64,000 nt of DNA, from NCBI GenBank assembly GCA_048938385.1, contig JBHLMG010000011.1, forward strand, positions 1 to 64,000. Reading direction: 5' to 3'. Under the pieces are notes generated by a model. It did no database searches and had not been told where the DNA came from. It was given only the letters and a program-made list of their open reading frames with translations. Each line of letters starts with the position of its first letter. Position 1 is the first letter of the stretch. Source of the stretch: Promethearchaeota archaeon (GTDB lineage Archaea > Asgardarchaeota > Hermodarchaeia > Hermodarchaeales > Hermodarchaeaceae). Below are positions 48,800 through 58,486 of the stretch, piece by piece. The translations under genes and the position numbers were made by a program.

Positions 48800-49561
48800 T
48801 TGAAGAAACGGATTCAACCTCATATCCGCTTGGGCGAAGGAGATGTCGCTGATATCGTTTTTATTGCAGGCAACCCGGACCGTGTTCCAAAGATTGCGGC
48901 GAAAATGAATGAGCCCACTGAGATCGGAAATTATCGAGGGCTGGTCTCTTATCAGGCCTTCACTCCTAAAGGGGTAGAAGTCACTATTGCCACTTCGGGA
49001 ATGGGTACTCCATCAACGCACATTGTTGTGGAGGAACTCGCCAAACTTGGTGCGAAAGTGTTTATCCGTATCGGAACCTGTGGTGGTGTCAATCCAATTA
49101 TCAAAACAGGTGATGTCATAGTAGCAACTGGAGCTGTTCGGGATGAATTGACTAGCTCAAATTATGCTCCTTTGGAATATCCCGCTTTAGCAACTCCAGA
49201 GCTCTATTTAGCGCTACTTAACGCTATCCAAGACCTCTTGCCTCCGGAACGAGTACATGTTGGGATTGTGTGGTCTACCGACATCTACTATGATCAGCGT
49301 GAAGAAGATATTCTCAGACGGTGGACTCGCGCTCAAGTTCAGAGCGTCGAAATGGAATCTTCCCTTCTATTCGTGTTCGCCCAGACTCGTGGTCTACAGG
49401 CTGGATCAATTTTAGCCTGTGATGGAAATCTGCATGGAAATCAAAAAAGTGAGCAAGCTGACGAAATGGAACTGTCTGGAGAGCAGAATCCTCTTTTAGT
49501 GGAGGCTGTACAAAAAGAAATTGAAGCAGCCATCAAGGCTGTCGACATATTGTATGTGTAA
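48800..49561 (+). CDS. Nucleoside phosphorylase (uridine/purine, PNP_UDP_1 family)
   Basis: QPHI, GNPDRV, SGMGTPS, EEL, IRIGTCG, VEMES. Confidence 0.92.
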   Translation: MKKRIQPHIRLGEGDVADIVFIAGNPDRVPKIAAKMNEPTEIGNYRGLVSYQAFTPKGVEVTIATSGMGTPSTHIVVEELAKLGAKVFIRIGTCGGVNPIIKTGDVIVATGAVRDELTSSNYAPLEYPALATPELYLALLNAIQDLLPPERVHVGIVWSTDIYYDQREEDILRRWTRAQVQSVEMESSLLFVFAQTRGLQAGSILACDGNLHGNQKSEQADEMELSGEQNPLLVEAVQKEIEAAIKAVDILYV

Positions 49562-49736
49562 AAGTGTTTTAGAGCAGTTCATGAATGGATAGGAATAAGA
49601 GATTAATCAATGAAGGTTATACATTGTTAAGGAAAGATATCCTTATCATAGGAGCGTCTCTCGTACGCACCCTCTCCGGTAGTTTCATTAGCTATTACAG
49701 TAACTGCACGCCATTCAAACCTAGGTGGACTAATCC

Positions 49737-49943
49737 ATGAGTTGCATAATTCGTGGTCATGATTATGTGTCTCTAACAGCACGCCTTAAAGATGACCCTG
49801 AAGGTCCCATTGAGGGAGTCATGAATGTCTGCCGTCGTTGCGGACACCAAAAACCTCTACAAGGGCTGCTCAGGAAAGGTGCGAAGCTCTTCAACGAAAA
49901 AGGGCAATGGTTAGTCACCGTTGAAAAAGCTGTCGTGATATAG
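49737..49943 (+). CDS. Small zinc-finger-like protein (C-x4-H...CxxC)
   Basis: MSCIIRGHDY...CRRCG, with SD-like AGGTGG 8 nt upstream of the ATG. Confidence 0.65.
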   Translation: MSCIIRGHDYVSLTARLKDDPEGPIEGVMNVCRRCGHQKPLQGLLRKGAKLFNEKGQWLVTVEKAVVI

Positions 49944-50145
49944 GTATTTAATATATAGGGGGAGAGCAAGTCAACTAGGTTGATCAATATCCACCCCGCC
50001 ATAGGTCCATTTTTCACCTCTTACGGGCTGTGGTATGTTTCACATCAAAGGAACTACCACTCCTAATCAAGCATTGGAAGTCGTAAAGATTTATGTAGTC
50101 ACAAATTATGAAAACCTCACACCAAACTATCTCGATGTGAACTAA

Positions 50146-50322
50146 ATGGGTATTCATTGTCACGATATGAAGAAAGGCCAAATTTTCATGTGTAAGGACT
50201 GTGGACTCGAACTCCAGGTTATTACCGAATGCACTGAATGCGAAACAGAAGAGGGTACCTGTGGATGCGAGGCTCCCTGCACCTTCGAATGCTGTGGAGA
50301 AGCCCTTCAACTGAAAAAGTAA
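50146..50322 (+). CDS. 58-aa Cys-rich desulforedoxin-like metal-binding miniprotein (not in the ORF track)
   Basis: Translated by hand: MGIHCHDMKKGQIFMCKDCGLELQVITECTECETEEGTCGCEAPCTFECCGEALQLKK*. 10 Cys, CxxC...CCG pattern. Confidence 0.8.
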   Translation: MGIHCHDMKKGQIFMCKDCGLELQVITECTECETEEGTCGCEAPCTFECCGEALQLKK

Positions 50323-50343
50323 CCTAACCTTTAAGGGTTGGTT

Positions 50344-50691
50344 CTAGGGTTGGATGTAGGACCAACCCCTCGATTGTTTTCGTACCAGCTCACCTACACC
50401 TGATACTGCAAATGTTAAGGCTTTAATAGAAGCCGTCTCATCCAATTGGAAATACTCCAAGGAATTCCAGTAAATTACTACCCAAACCCCCAGCTTAAGA
50501 AGACTTTCAACTTGATCTTTGATTGGCGATGAAGCTTGGAGAAACAATTTGACTCCAGAACTATTTACTACGAGTTTTATTTCCACATCTTCACCTGGGT
50601 CATCAAGAAGGTTCTTGATGTCGCTCATTAAGAGTTTATCTCGGAAGGTATTTCCCTCTTCGAGGTGAAACAAGACATCATGAGATGCCAT
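50344..50691 (-). CDS. DsrE/F-like family protein lacking the conserved Cys
   Basis: VLFHLEE, IKNLL, IKLVVN, SGVGELVRKQ..GWSYIQP. IYWNSL stands where xCxNSL is expected. Confidence 0.7.
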   Translation of the reverse strand: MASHDVLFHLEEGNTFRDKLLMSDIKNLLDDPGEDVEIKLVVNSSGVKLFLQASSPIKDQVESLLKLGVWVVIYWNSLEYFQLDETASIKALTFAVSGVGELVRKQSRGWSYIQP

Positions 50692-50778
50692 AAGTTGTCA
50701 CCCGGGCATACTCAGTAACTAGAAGATTTTAGCTATTCGTATCAAAACACCTAATTACAACAACTCTCAAACCTTCAG

Positions 50779-51273
50779 ATGGGATCTAAAATGGCTGTTG
50801 GTCGATTCCAAGTTATGGCAGTCTTACAAGCGGCCCGGGCTCATATCCTTGGATTAGAACTGGCTTCAGCGAAAAGTTGGGGATTAAACCGTGCGATATT
50901 CTATGCCGCAGCGAAACGCGGCTTTAAAGGAAAACGACCAGTTAAACGCACACGAAGCGAGATCAAAGCGACACCTATTGAGGAGACGCGAGAGGCATTC
51001 TATCTCGGAAGCGAGATGGCCTTCAAAGCTCCTACAAGTGGAGCCCCAATGCTTTTCGTGATGGGAGATCAAATCCAAACAGAGGCTGACTTCCAGCGCC
51101 AAATCGAGAGGAGATTCAATGATCACTTTATAGAAGCATGGAGAGACGCTTTAGAATATGTTCGTGGATTTGACCAAGAAGTACTACTTTCACAGAATGG
51201 GTTCTTTTCAGAGGTGTATAAACCTCAACGGGATATACTCGCAAAAAAATGGTCTGAACAAGTTACAAAGTAA
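50779..51273 (+). CDS. Conserved hypothetical protein
   Basis: 164-aa ORF with GRFQVMA.LQAARA and AKSWGLNRAIFYAAAKRGF. No function assigned. Confidence 0.7.
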   Translation: MGSKMAVGRFQVMAVLQAARAHILGLELASAKSWGLNRAIFYAAAKRGFKGKRPVKRTRSEIKATPIEETREAFYLGSEMAFKAPTSGAPMLFVMGDQIQTEADFQRQIERRFNDHFIEAWRDALEYVRGFDQEVLLSQNGFFSEVYKPQRDILAKKWSEQVTK

Positions 51274-51408
51274 CTGCTTCTTGTAGTGTTTTTCACAAGA
51301 TATATCTCAGGGTTGCGTCCAATTATTTCACCCTAAATGCTTGAGGCTTCTTATACGCAAGCTTCCCCCTAGTACGCATTAAATAGTCCCCAGTTAGGTG
51401 TTAGAACA

Positions 51409-52602
51409 TTGCAGCGCCGTTGGCTTGTGGTTATCCTAGTTATTACCGTGTTAAGCCTTGGGCTAGTCGTAATAGTTATTTTCCGCCCATTTTTGCCTTT
51501 CAATCAATTACCCCATGAAATGGTTTGTCAACTCACTGGTGAGGATGCTACAAATGACACAACACTTGTCAATGTGTATGGCACTGACATAGGCATCATG
51601 GTCCGACACCAAGATCGTATGCACTTCATCTTCGGCGATACCTTTGGACCAGACAAATGGGATTGGCGTTCCAATACCATGGCTTACACACTTGATGACG
51701 ATCCTTCTGATGGAATTATCCTTACGGGTTGGATTACCGATTCTTCAACACACCTTGCAAAGGAACTGATTTCTAGCCTCAAAGTGGATGATGTCGAAAA
51801 AACCGTGATTCCGACGACCGCTTATAGTTCGGGTGACTGTTTGTATGTGTTTTTTATGTCCGTGCAGAGTTGGGGAGACGCTGGAGATTGGAATTGCAAT
51901 AATGCTAGTGTTGCTTATTCCTTGGATGGTCACAACTTCAGCAAAGCCATGAATATGAGCTGGCCTGGAACTTCTCACTTCATTGAATGGGGGGTGGTCA
52001 AGGGAAGTGCTACGGCTCCTTCGACTGGCGGATACATCTACTTCCTCACAACAGGAAGCGGTCGCTATCAACATTGCTACCTTGCTCGAGTATTAGAATC
52101 CCAGATTCTTAACCAGAGTAGTTACCAATACTATATTGGCTTGGGATCAGATGACCTTCCTCTTTGGTCTAATAATCATACCGACGCAACAGCCATCATT
52201 CAAGCACCAACGGGGGAAATTTCTGTGATGTGGAATGATTATTTAGAATTGTACATGATGATGAACCTCGATGATGTTGCCAAACATATCGTAGTTCGAA
52301 CAGCTCAATCCCCGTGGGGCCCTTGGAGTCTTCCAGCTGTGGTTATCAGCCCTCCTGAATACATCGGCTTCTACGCTCCTAACATTGATCCAACGCTAGT
52401 GGAAGACAATGGTCGTATTATCTACTTCACCATGAGTCTTTGGAATGAATACAATGTCTACATAATGAAAGTGGACTTAACTCGTTTATCAGGAGTCTAT
52501 CTACAAAATATCAGCGTTTCTGATGGTTTTGTAACGCTATGGCCTTTGATAACACTCGTACAAGTGTTCCTTAAACATCGGAGAGGGAATGTTCTCCAGT
52601 GA
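51409..52602 (+). CDS. DUF4185 beta-propeller protein (GH183-like), N-terminal membrane anchor
   Basis: GTDIG, FIFGDTF, WRSNTMA, VIPT, GEISVMWN, SPWGPWS, FYAP, FTMSLW..YNV. Confidence 0.82.
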   Translation: MQRRWLVVILVITVLSLGLVVIVIFRPFLPFNQLPHEMVCQLTGEDATNDTTLVNVYGTDIGIMVRHQDRMHFIFGDTFGPDKWDWRSNTMAYTLDDDPSDGIILTGWITDSSTHLAKELISSLKVDDVEKTVIPTTAYSSGDCLYVFFMSVQSWGDAGDWNCNNASVAYSLDGHNFSKAMNMSWPGTSHFIEWGVVKGSATAPSTGGYIYFLTTGSGRYQHCYLARVLESQILNQSSYQYYIGLGSDDLPLWSNNHTDATAIIQAPTGEISVMWNDYLELYMMMNLDDVAKHIVVRTAQSPWGPWSLPAVVISPPEYIGFYAPNIDPTLVEDNGRIIYFTMSLWNEYNVYIMKVDLTRLSGVYLQNISVSDGFVTLWPLITLVQVFLKHRRGNVLQ

Positions 52603-52617
52603 ATGTTATGCCGTAGG

Positions 52618-53970
52618 CTAGTTGGAAGGGAGTGCTAACCGTGTCCAATCGATGAAATCTTCGCGTTTACGGTCGATTCGAGTACTGAGCCATGAGATGA
52701 GATCGTGTACGGTTTTGATGGCAGCAGGATGCATCATCATGAACACATCAACTCCCGCTAATAGGAACATCAAAGCCGTAGTACTCTCCCAGATAGGTCC
52801 ACGCAATTCCCGGGGTCCAAGTTCAGGGTTTTTCATCCAAGCTTCACGTGCTGCCCAGGCGTTAGTTGTTCCACTACTTAGAGGAAATTGAAGTTCGGAA
52901 TCACCCAAAATTCCAGCAAGACGCATCCGTTCCATGATGGTGAAACTGTACTCAGCGCCATACCCGAGAGCCGCAGTCGTTGGATCGATGATAATTTGGT
53001 CTGATGTGATGTAATCGAGAAGACGTCTGTTAAGCTCTTTTTGCTGATTAATGTCGATGCTTGTCCACGACAAGACCAGTTGGTCGTGTGTCTTCGCTGC
53101 TTTTGCGACAGGTTCCCACATATCTACTGTTGCGGACGCTAGAAGAACCCGTTCACCTTCTGCCACCTCCGCAGCGAGTGCAAGAAGTTCAGCATCCTTA
53201 ACGGGATCACCTGAGCCGCCAACGATGATAGGGACTTTCACATTCTGGAGAACATTCTCAAACCCCTTCATTGCATCCTTAGCACTCGTATCGTTCAAAA
53301 GCGGATCTGTACTAATCATGTGGTAGGTGATAAGGTCTGCACCAAACTTATCAATCACTAATCGAGCCCAATCAACGGGATCATCCATTACCTCATCGTA
53401 ATGTGTTCGTACGGCTTTAGCAAGTTTAATACGCATATCGAAGACATCTGCAGCGACCACGGGAAAGTGTTTCGCTGGAGTTTGAAAGAGGTTCCAAGCA
53501 GGTGCTTTATGACCTCCTACTGTAATGGTTTTACTCCGTGAACCTCCCTGTCCTTTCGTAGCTCCTAAGGTGATTTCACGAATTTCTCCTGTATATTCAG
53601 CGAGTGGGGCTTTGAATCGGAGCTTTAGCAGTTGAGTTGGACGCACTGGTGAAGGTATACCCGGTGTGGGCATCGTAGCTTGTCCCGTTGGAAGCTGCAT
53701 CTGTATCCCTAAAGCAGCAAGTATTTGCTGGGCAAACTGCTGAACTGCAAAAGCGTTTTGGGCAAGGAATTGTCGGGCTTGGTTAGACATGCCAGCTCCA
53801 CCCCCCGGAGGAACGGTAACCTCGAGCTCATCGACATCAATTGTCATTTTCTCGAGTTCAAGTTCTTCGAACTTCCCAAATAGCGCCTCAAGTGGACCAA
53901 GAATACCTAATTCGGGATCGTCTGTCGAGAATGTGAGTTCGGTTTTTTCTTTTTTCTTATCCGGTGGCAT
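52618..53970 (-). CDS. cdhD: CO dehydrogenase/acetyl-CoA synthase subunit delta (CFeSP small subunit)
   Basis: EITLGAT..GGSR, DVFDM, GGSGDP.KD, DINQQKELN, DPTTAALGYG, NAWAAREAW, MMMHP. Confidence 0.96.
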   Translation of the reverse strand: MPPDKKKEKTELTFSTDDPELGILGPLEALFGKFEELELEKMTIDVDELEVTVPPGGGAGMSNQARQFLAQNAFAVQQFAQQILAALGIQMQLPTGQATMPTPGIPSPVRPTQLLKLRFKAPLAEYTGEIREITLGATKGQGGSRSKTITVGGHKAPAWNLFQTPAKHFPVVAADVFDMRIKLAKAVRTHYDEVMDDPVDWARLVIDKFGADLITYHMISTDPLLNDTSAKDAMKGFENVLQNVKVPIIVGGSGDPVKDAELLALAAEVAEGERVLLASATVDMWEPVAKAAKTHDQLVLSWTSIDINQQKELNRRLLDYITSDQIIIDPTTAALGYGAEYSFTIMERMRLAGILGDSELQFPLSSGTTNAWAAREAWMKNPELGPRELRGPIWESTTALMFLLAGVDVFMMMHPAAIKTVHDLISWLSTRIDRKREDFIDWTRLALPSN

Positions 53971-53985
53971 TCTTGATAGCCTCGT

Positions 53986-55416
53986 CTATTTCTTGCCCTT
54001 TTCGTCAAGGCGTTTGATGATCACTTTTTCAGCATAGATTTTTGCATTCTTGAAGATGATCTGGAACCCGGGACTACCGCTAGCTCCTGGTACTGTCGTC
54101 ATTAACTGACCAGGCATCATGAAAGGTTGTACTTGTTGAGCTGCAGGAGAGATTTCTTCACGACGCTCCTCTTCTTCTAATCGTGCTGCTGCACCTGTCT
54201 CCACCCAACGTTCAACGATTGGGTGGTTGTGGTCTTTAAGGTAGGTTTTCAGTTCATCTATGCTAGTCACATCGTTTTCTGTTGGAATGATGTCTCGAAT
54301 ATTCGTTGGCATGAAATCATAGACTCGATCCTTGATAGCCTTTGGTAGCCAGACAATTCGTTCCCAGCTCCCATCCACTGTCAAAAACTTTGGTGACCGT
54401 AGGTACTCAATGGATAACCCATGGAAGCCAGGAATCTGACGACCACCTGCTGTTGAGTCTGCCATTGTGGAAAATGGCAACCCGTTTACAGCTGGTCCCT
54501 TATAGTCACGATGCACAATTCCCAGTCCATCAACCTCTGGAATAATGAAGGCGATGGCTTCAAAACAGCCACAACTCGTGTGTGGGTTCTCGAAGGCACT
54601 GTACAGGGCTACATCGGTCACCGCGCCGAGGGTCTTCTCCTTATAGGACTGATTTACTCCTGTATAGATGCCTTTCACAGCGTCAACAGTATCGCCTTTT
54701 TCGATAGCAAAGAGCGGTCCTTTCGGATCTATCCGGGCTGCTGCACGGCCATCAAACCAACTGATTGCTCCGCAGTTTGCATAGCGTTGTGGTGTAATGA
54801 CACACATGTGTGTTGGGCTAAAGGATTGACAGAGGGTACAGCCATAGAACACATCGACTTCATCGTCTTTAAGACCGCGGGTGCGTTCATCACGCGCGTT
54901 GTAGGTGACCATGGCTGTATCGTAGATTTCGTCCATTTTAGTGGGATCAGTGTAGAAGGTGACTTGGATTTTTTCGATGATGGGTAGTTCGGATTTGTAG
55001 AGGCGTTGGTATACTTGACCCAGAACCTTAAAGGTGTTAAAGCCTTTCTGGAAGGATTTCTTACCAATGCGAATCCAGATATCATAGCGCTGATTAAGGT
55101 GCATAGTGCCTTCCACAAAATTGGTATATTCGTGGATGTGCCGTTCGATGACCCCTTCGAGGTCTTCTTCGACTTCCTTGCCTGCCACTTCGATGAGGAT
55201 ACCGAATGGATGGCTGGCGCCTTCTTCGAGGTCTTTTAGATCGGGTCCAATGATGTTGATTTTGCCGTCTTCGATTTCGTTCATTTTTCGGGTTAGGACC
55301 AACTCGAATTTCTTTTGAATTTTAGGTCCACCGAGTTCGACTTGCATATCGGCTTTGCGAATGCGTTCACCTTCGAATACCACTCCAACCTGGATAGGTA
55401 AGTCTTCAAATGACAT
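53986..55416 (-). CDS. cdhC: Acetyl-CoA synthase subunit beta
   Basis: FEGERIR, CTLCQSFSPTHMCVITPQRYANCG, HTSCGCFE (A-cluster ligands), IIFKNAKIYAEKVII tail. Confidence 0.97.
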   Translation of the reverse strand: MSFEDLPIQVGVVFEGERIRKADMQVELGGPKIQKKFELVLTRKMNEIEDGKINIIGPDLKDLEEGASHPFGILIEVAGKEVEEDLEGVIERHIHEYTNFVEGTMHLNQRYDIWIRIGKKSFQKGFNTFKVLGQVYQRLYKSELPIIEKIQVTFYTDPTKMDEIYDTAMVTYNARDERTRGLKDDEVDVFYGCTLCQSFSPTHMCVITPQRYANCGAISWFDGRAAARIDPKGPLFAIEKGDTVDAVKGIYTGVNQSYKEKTLGAVTDVALYSAFENPHTSCGCFEAIAFIIPEVDGLGIVHRDYKGPAVNGLPFSTMADSTAGGRQIPGFHGLSIEYLRSPKFLTVDGSWERIVWLPKAIKDRVYDFMPTNIRDIIPTENDVTSIDELKTYLKDHNHPIVERWVETGAAARLEEEERREEISPAAQQVQPFMMPGQLMTTVPGASGSPGFQIIFKNAKIYAEKVIIKRLDEKGKK

Positions 55417-55962
55417 TTACTTGGTACCTCCTGCTGCAGTGAGGATTTCTTTCAGTGCTTCATTCCATTTTTGTTTCTTGAGGTTTGGAAAACTCCATGA
55501 TGCGTGAGGTTGATAATAGCGGCCAAGGGTGATGGTCTTGATGTGGGGAGAGAAGTTAATGAGCGCAGATAGCATGAGCCATTCCATATAGTAGGGGAAC
55601 CCGAAGGTCATTACAAGGTCGTGGGGTCCTTTCTTTGGAGCGACCATCCATTCATGGTCTTGGAGTCGTCCAGTAATTTCCATAGCACCATAGGCATAGG
55701 CGTTGTTGAAGCCTTTCTCTTTGAAGGCTTTAATAGTGTTACCAGTGGCGACGATGGGGATGTTTGTGGCAGTCGAGAGTTCGATGAAGTACTCAATCAT
55801 GGATTTCTTTTGCGTCTTCTCTGTAAGGGCTTGAGCACCTACAATAATGAGTGGGTGTTTCGCCTTCTTCATGAGGGCTCCCACCACGGCGGTTTTTTTG
55901 AGTTCTTGAGCCTTAGTGGGTCCACAGACCTCTGCGGTTTGCCAAGGTTCAGCTCGCATCAT
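55417..55962 (-). CDS. cdhB: CODH/ACS subunit epsilon
   Basis: EPWQTAE, KAKHPLIIVG, LQDHEW, HDLV..G.PYY, YYQPHASWSFPNL. Lies between cdhA and cdhC. Confidence 0.95.
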   Translation of the reverse strand: MMRAEPWQTAEVCGPTKAQELKKTAVVGALMKKAKHPLIIVGAQALTEKTQKKSMIEYFIELSTATNIPIVATGNTIKAFKEKGFNNAYAYGAMEITGRLQDHEWMVAPKKGPHDLVMTFGFPYYMEWLMLSALINFSPHIKTITLGRYYQPHASWSFPNLKKQKWNEALKEILTAAGGTK

Positions 55963-58320
55963 TTATTTGCCACCTCCGTTACCACCATAGACGAGTCGTC
56001 TAATGAGAGTTGGGTCGGGGATAGGTTTCTCCTTCCATTTATTCTCTTTCATCTGGGCTTTGATTTTGTCCTTAAGAGTGATGGGGATATCCGTTTCGCG
56101 TCGAATAAATCGGTGGATGTCATCAGGGAAGTAGCCGTAGTATTTTTCGTGTAAATCGATATAGTGGCTTAACTTGATGGCCCGACCCTTACTGGTGTCG
56201 TTGGGTCGGATGCAAAGTCTTGCGGTCAAAACCATGAGCTCTTCAAAGTTTTCCACAGCGTAGAAGAGATGTTCTGGTCCTGGGGCAATTTGGACACGGT
56301 TTCCTGTTCGAGCATCCCATACCATCCAGTCTTCATCTCTATCTGCTCGACCAAGGAGCATCCGTCGATACTTAGTACCATGGGGACCGACGATGACAGG
56401 AACTCCGAGTCGCCAGAACCCAGCTGCAATAGATGCCGCCTTCTGAGACATAGCCCCCCAAGAAATTCCTACTGCACCGACCCGGTTGTGTATATAGTCA
56501 GCAATTTCTTCATAGTTCCCTCGGAGGTTGCGTTTCGCAAAGATGCTGGCAATCTTGATTGCCGCGCCTGCTATGTGGGAGTTAGCAACACAAGAACCCA
56601 CATTGAGTACGCTTCCGGCATCGAAAGTGCCAGGTCGGCGTTCGTAGATCGATTTCCCTTCCTCATCTTTGATGGCACCGACTGTCATGGCGGCACATCC
56701 CGAGAAGACTACGATAAACCGGCGCTTCGCGAATTCCTCAGCATGGTCATGGATTGCACGCCCTCCATCAGGGTAGTTCGCGCAGCCAACATGAGCGATC
56801 ACCCCTGGAATTTCTCCGAAAACAATGGGCTGTCCAACAGTTCGAATTTCGGTGTCTTTGATCGCACCGCGTCCGGATCGAACCATGAAGGCTTCTTGTT
56901 TCCATTGTCCTTCTGCGGCTTTGACCATCCAGCTGTGAAGGTCATATTCGTTGGGGCATGCGGATTCACACCGAGCACAACCGATGCACTCGTTGTATAC
57001 ATCAGCAAGCGGGCCAAGGTTGCCCTCCGCAGCGGCCAGTACCGCATCCATTACGGGTTGATCATTCGGACAAGCACGAACGCATTCGGAACATTGTCGA
57101 CAAGCCTGGGCAAGTTCCTTTATCTTTGCCGCACTAGGTAGGGATCCTTTCTTCTTCCGTTTTGGATACATCTTGATGGCTGTCTTGACTACAACTTCAC
57201 CAATCTTCTCGTGATCCCGAATATAGACACCGGGCATTTTGCCAGAAACAAGATCCGCAACGATATCGTCAGGATCATCTTCAGTACGATCTGGTAAACC
57301 CATCGTTGACTTATCACAGGTCGCAATGACTGGTGAGTTGACTTTCTTCGCGTGTTCGAGGATGTCGGTGCGAATACACTGCTCATCTACAACAATGACA
57401 TCAGCAAATCCGCTACGAACGAATCGTAATTGCCAGGAAATTGGACCAACAATTTTCGCTTTCTTCTCATAACGTGTTATGTCCCAAGCAGTACAACAAA
57501 TTCCAGCGATATCGATGTTTTCAAAAACGCCTGTTTCAGTAGCATAGTCCATGATGTAAGTCGCCGGTACTACATTGTGCCCAATAGCCAGAATCATCGC
57601 TTTCTTGGGATCCATACTTGCTATCCCTGCTTCAACTAGGGGGGCCTCAGGATCAGACTGCGGAAATCCAAGGGTGGAAATCTGAGCGAGGTCAGCGATT
57701 TCCATACCCACTTGGTCAATCATACCTACATGGAAGGCCTTCGATTCAAAATCAATCCAACTTCCCTCTTGACCAGTGTGAACCGCTGAGAGTGTATGCG
57801 TTAACTGGGTTTCGCAGTAATCTAAAATTGCTGCCGCATCTTCTAGGGTGCGTGGGCGAATCCCCGTCACCAGACGGGAAACAGGGGCTTCGATTTCCAC
57901 ACCCTCTCCTTGGGTTAATTCAAAGCGTGGACCAAATTCGTGAATCATGTGGTCGACCATATGTCGTGAGTGCGCAAGGTGCGCCGCACACCCGATGTTC
58001 GCAGCAGCCAACACAATCCGCGCTGACTGACCTTCGATATCGAGTCCACAAGCCCCCCGCTTACCTCCCGTCAAGTCACATTTCCCGAATGTGCATAAGC
58101 AGCATAGTTGGCATGCTGGCATGTATGCAGGTCGATAGCGTGTCAGGAGCTTATGGTCCCAACTCCTAAGTGTAGTGACATCGGGCATGGGGGTTGGACC
58201 CATGGGTTCGTCCCAATCATCATCAATGACTCGACCAATAGTAACTTCGACATTACGGAAGGACCCGAATCCGGTGTCAAGTTTATCGGCTTTGAGTCTT
58301 GCTCGTTTTTGTTCTGTCAA
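55963..58320 (-). CDS. cdhA: Archaeal-type CO dehydrogenase subunit alpha
   Basis: CCLCTFGKCDL, GHNV, GICCTA, DEQC, two CxxCxxCxxxCP ferredoxin motifs, GCANYP, GSCVAN, SQKA. Confidence 0.97.
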   Translation of the reverse strand: MTEQKRARLKADKLDTGFGSFRNVEVTIGRVIDDDWDEPMGPTPMPDVTTLRSWDHKLLTRYRPAYMPACQLCCLCTFGKCDLTGGKRGACGLDIEGQSARIVLAAANIGCAAHLAHSRHMVDHMIHEFGPRFELTQGEGVEIEAPVSRLVTGIRPRTLEDAAAILDYCETQLTHTLSAVHTGQEGSWIDFESKAFHVGMIDQVGMEIADLAQISTLGFPQSDPEAPLVEAGIASMDPKKAMILAIGHNVVPATYIMDYATETGVFENIDIAGICCTAWDITRYEKKAKIVGPISWQLRFVRSGFADVIVVDEQCIRTDILEHAKKVNSPVIATCDKSTMGLPDRTEDDPDDIVADLVSGKMPGVYIRDHEKIGEVVVKTAIKMYPKRKKKGSLPSAAKIKELAQACRQCSECVRACPNDQPVMDAVLAAAEGNLGPLADVYNECIGCARCESACPNEYDLHSWMVKAAEGQWKQEAFMVRSGRGAIKDTEIRTVGQPIVFGEIPGVIAHVGCANYPDGGRAIHDHAEEFAKRRFIVVFSGCAAMTVGAIKDEEGKSIYERRPGTFDAGSVLNVGSCVANSHIAGAAIKIASIFAKRNLRGNYEEIADYIHNRVGAVGISWGAMSQKAASIAAGFWRLGVPVIVGPHGTKYRRMLLGRADRDEDWMVWDARTGNRVQIAPGPEHLFYAVENFEELMVLTARLCIRPNDTSKGRAIKLSHYIDLHEKYYGYFPDDIHRFIRRETDIPITLKDKIKAQMKENKWKEKPIPDPTLIRRLVYGGNGGGK

Positions 58321-58486
58321 TGCAAAATCAACCTTTTTTTGCGCGCATTAATAGTATGAAGTAGTGTTCAAATAGTACCGGTATATCTTTTAAGATTTGA
58401 TGCTTCTGCAAGGTTTCTAATTGGATGTATATCTCCTAGATGAAAAATGGAGACCATGTATTACTTAATAAGAGACGATTACAAGG

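Noticed and set aside
50014-50310. 98-aa minus-strand ORF
   Set aside because: Shadow of the plus-strand Cys-rich miniprotein at 50146-50322.
56269-57141. 290-aa plus-strand ORF and other long antisense ORFs (e.g. 15435-15935, 16229-16750, 24376-24933, 55621-56154, 57618-58169)
   Set aside because: They lie antisense to well-supported genes and have no motifs of their own.
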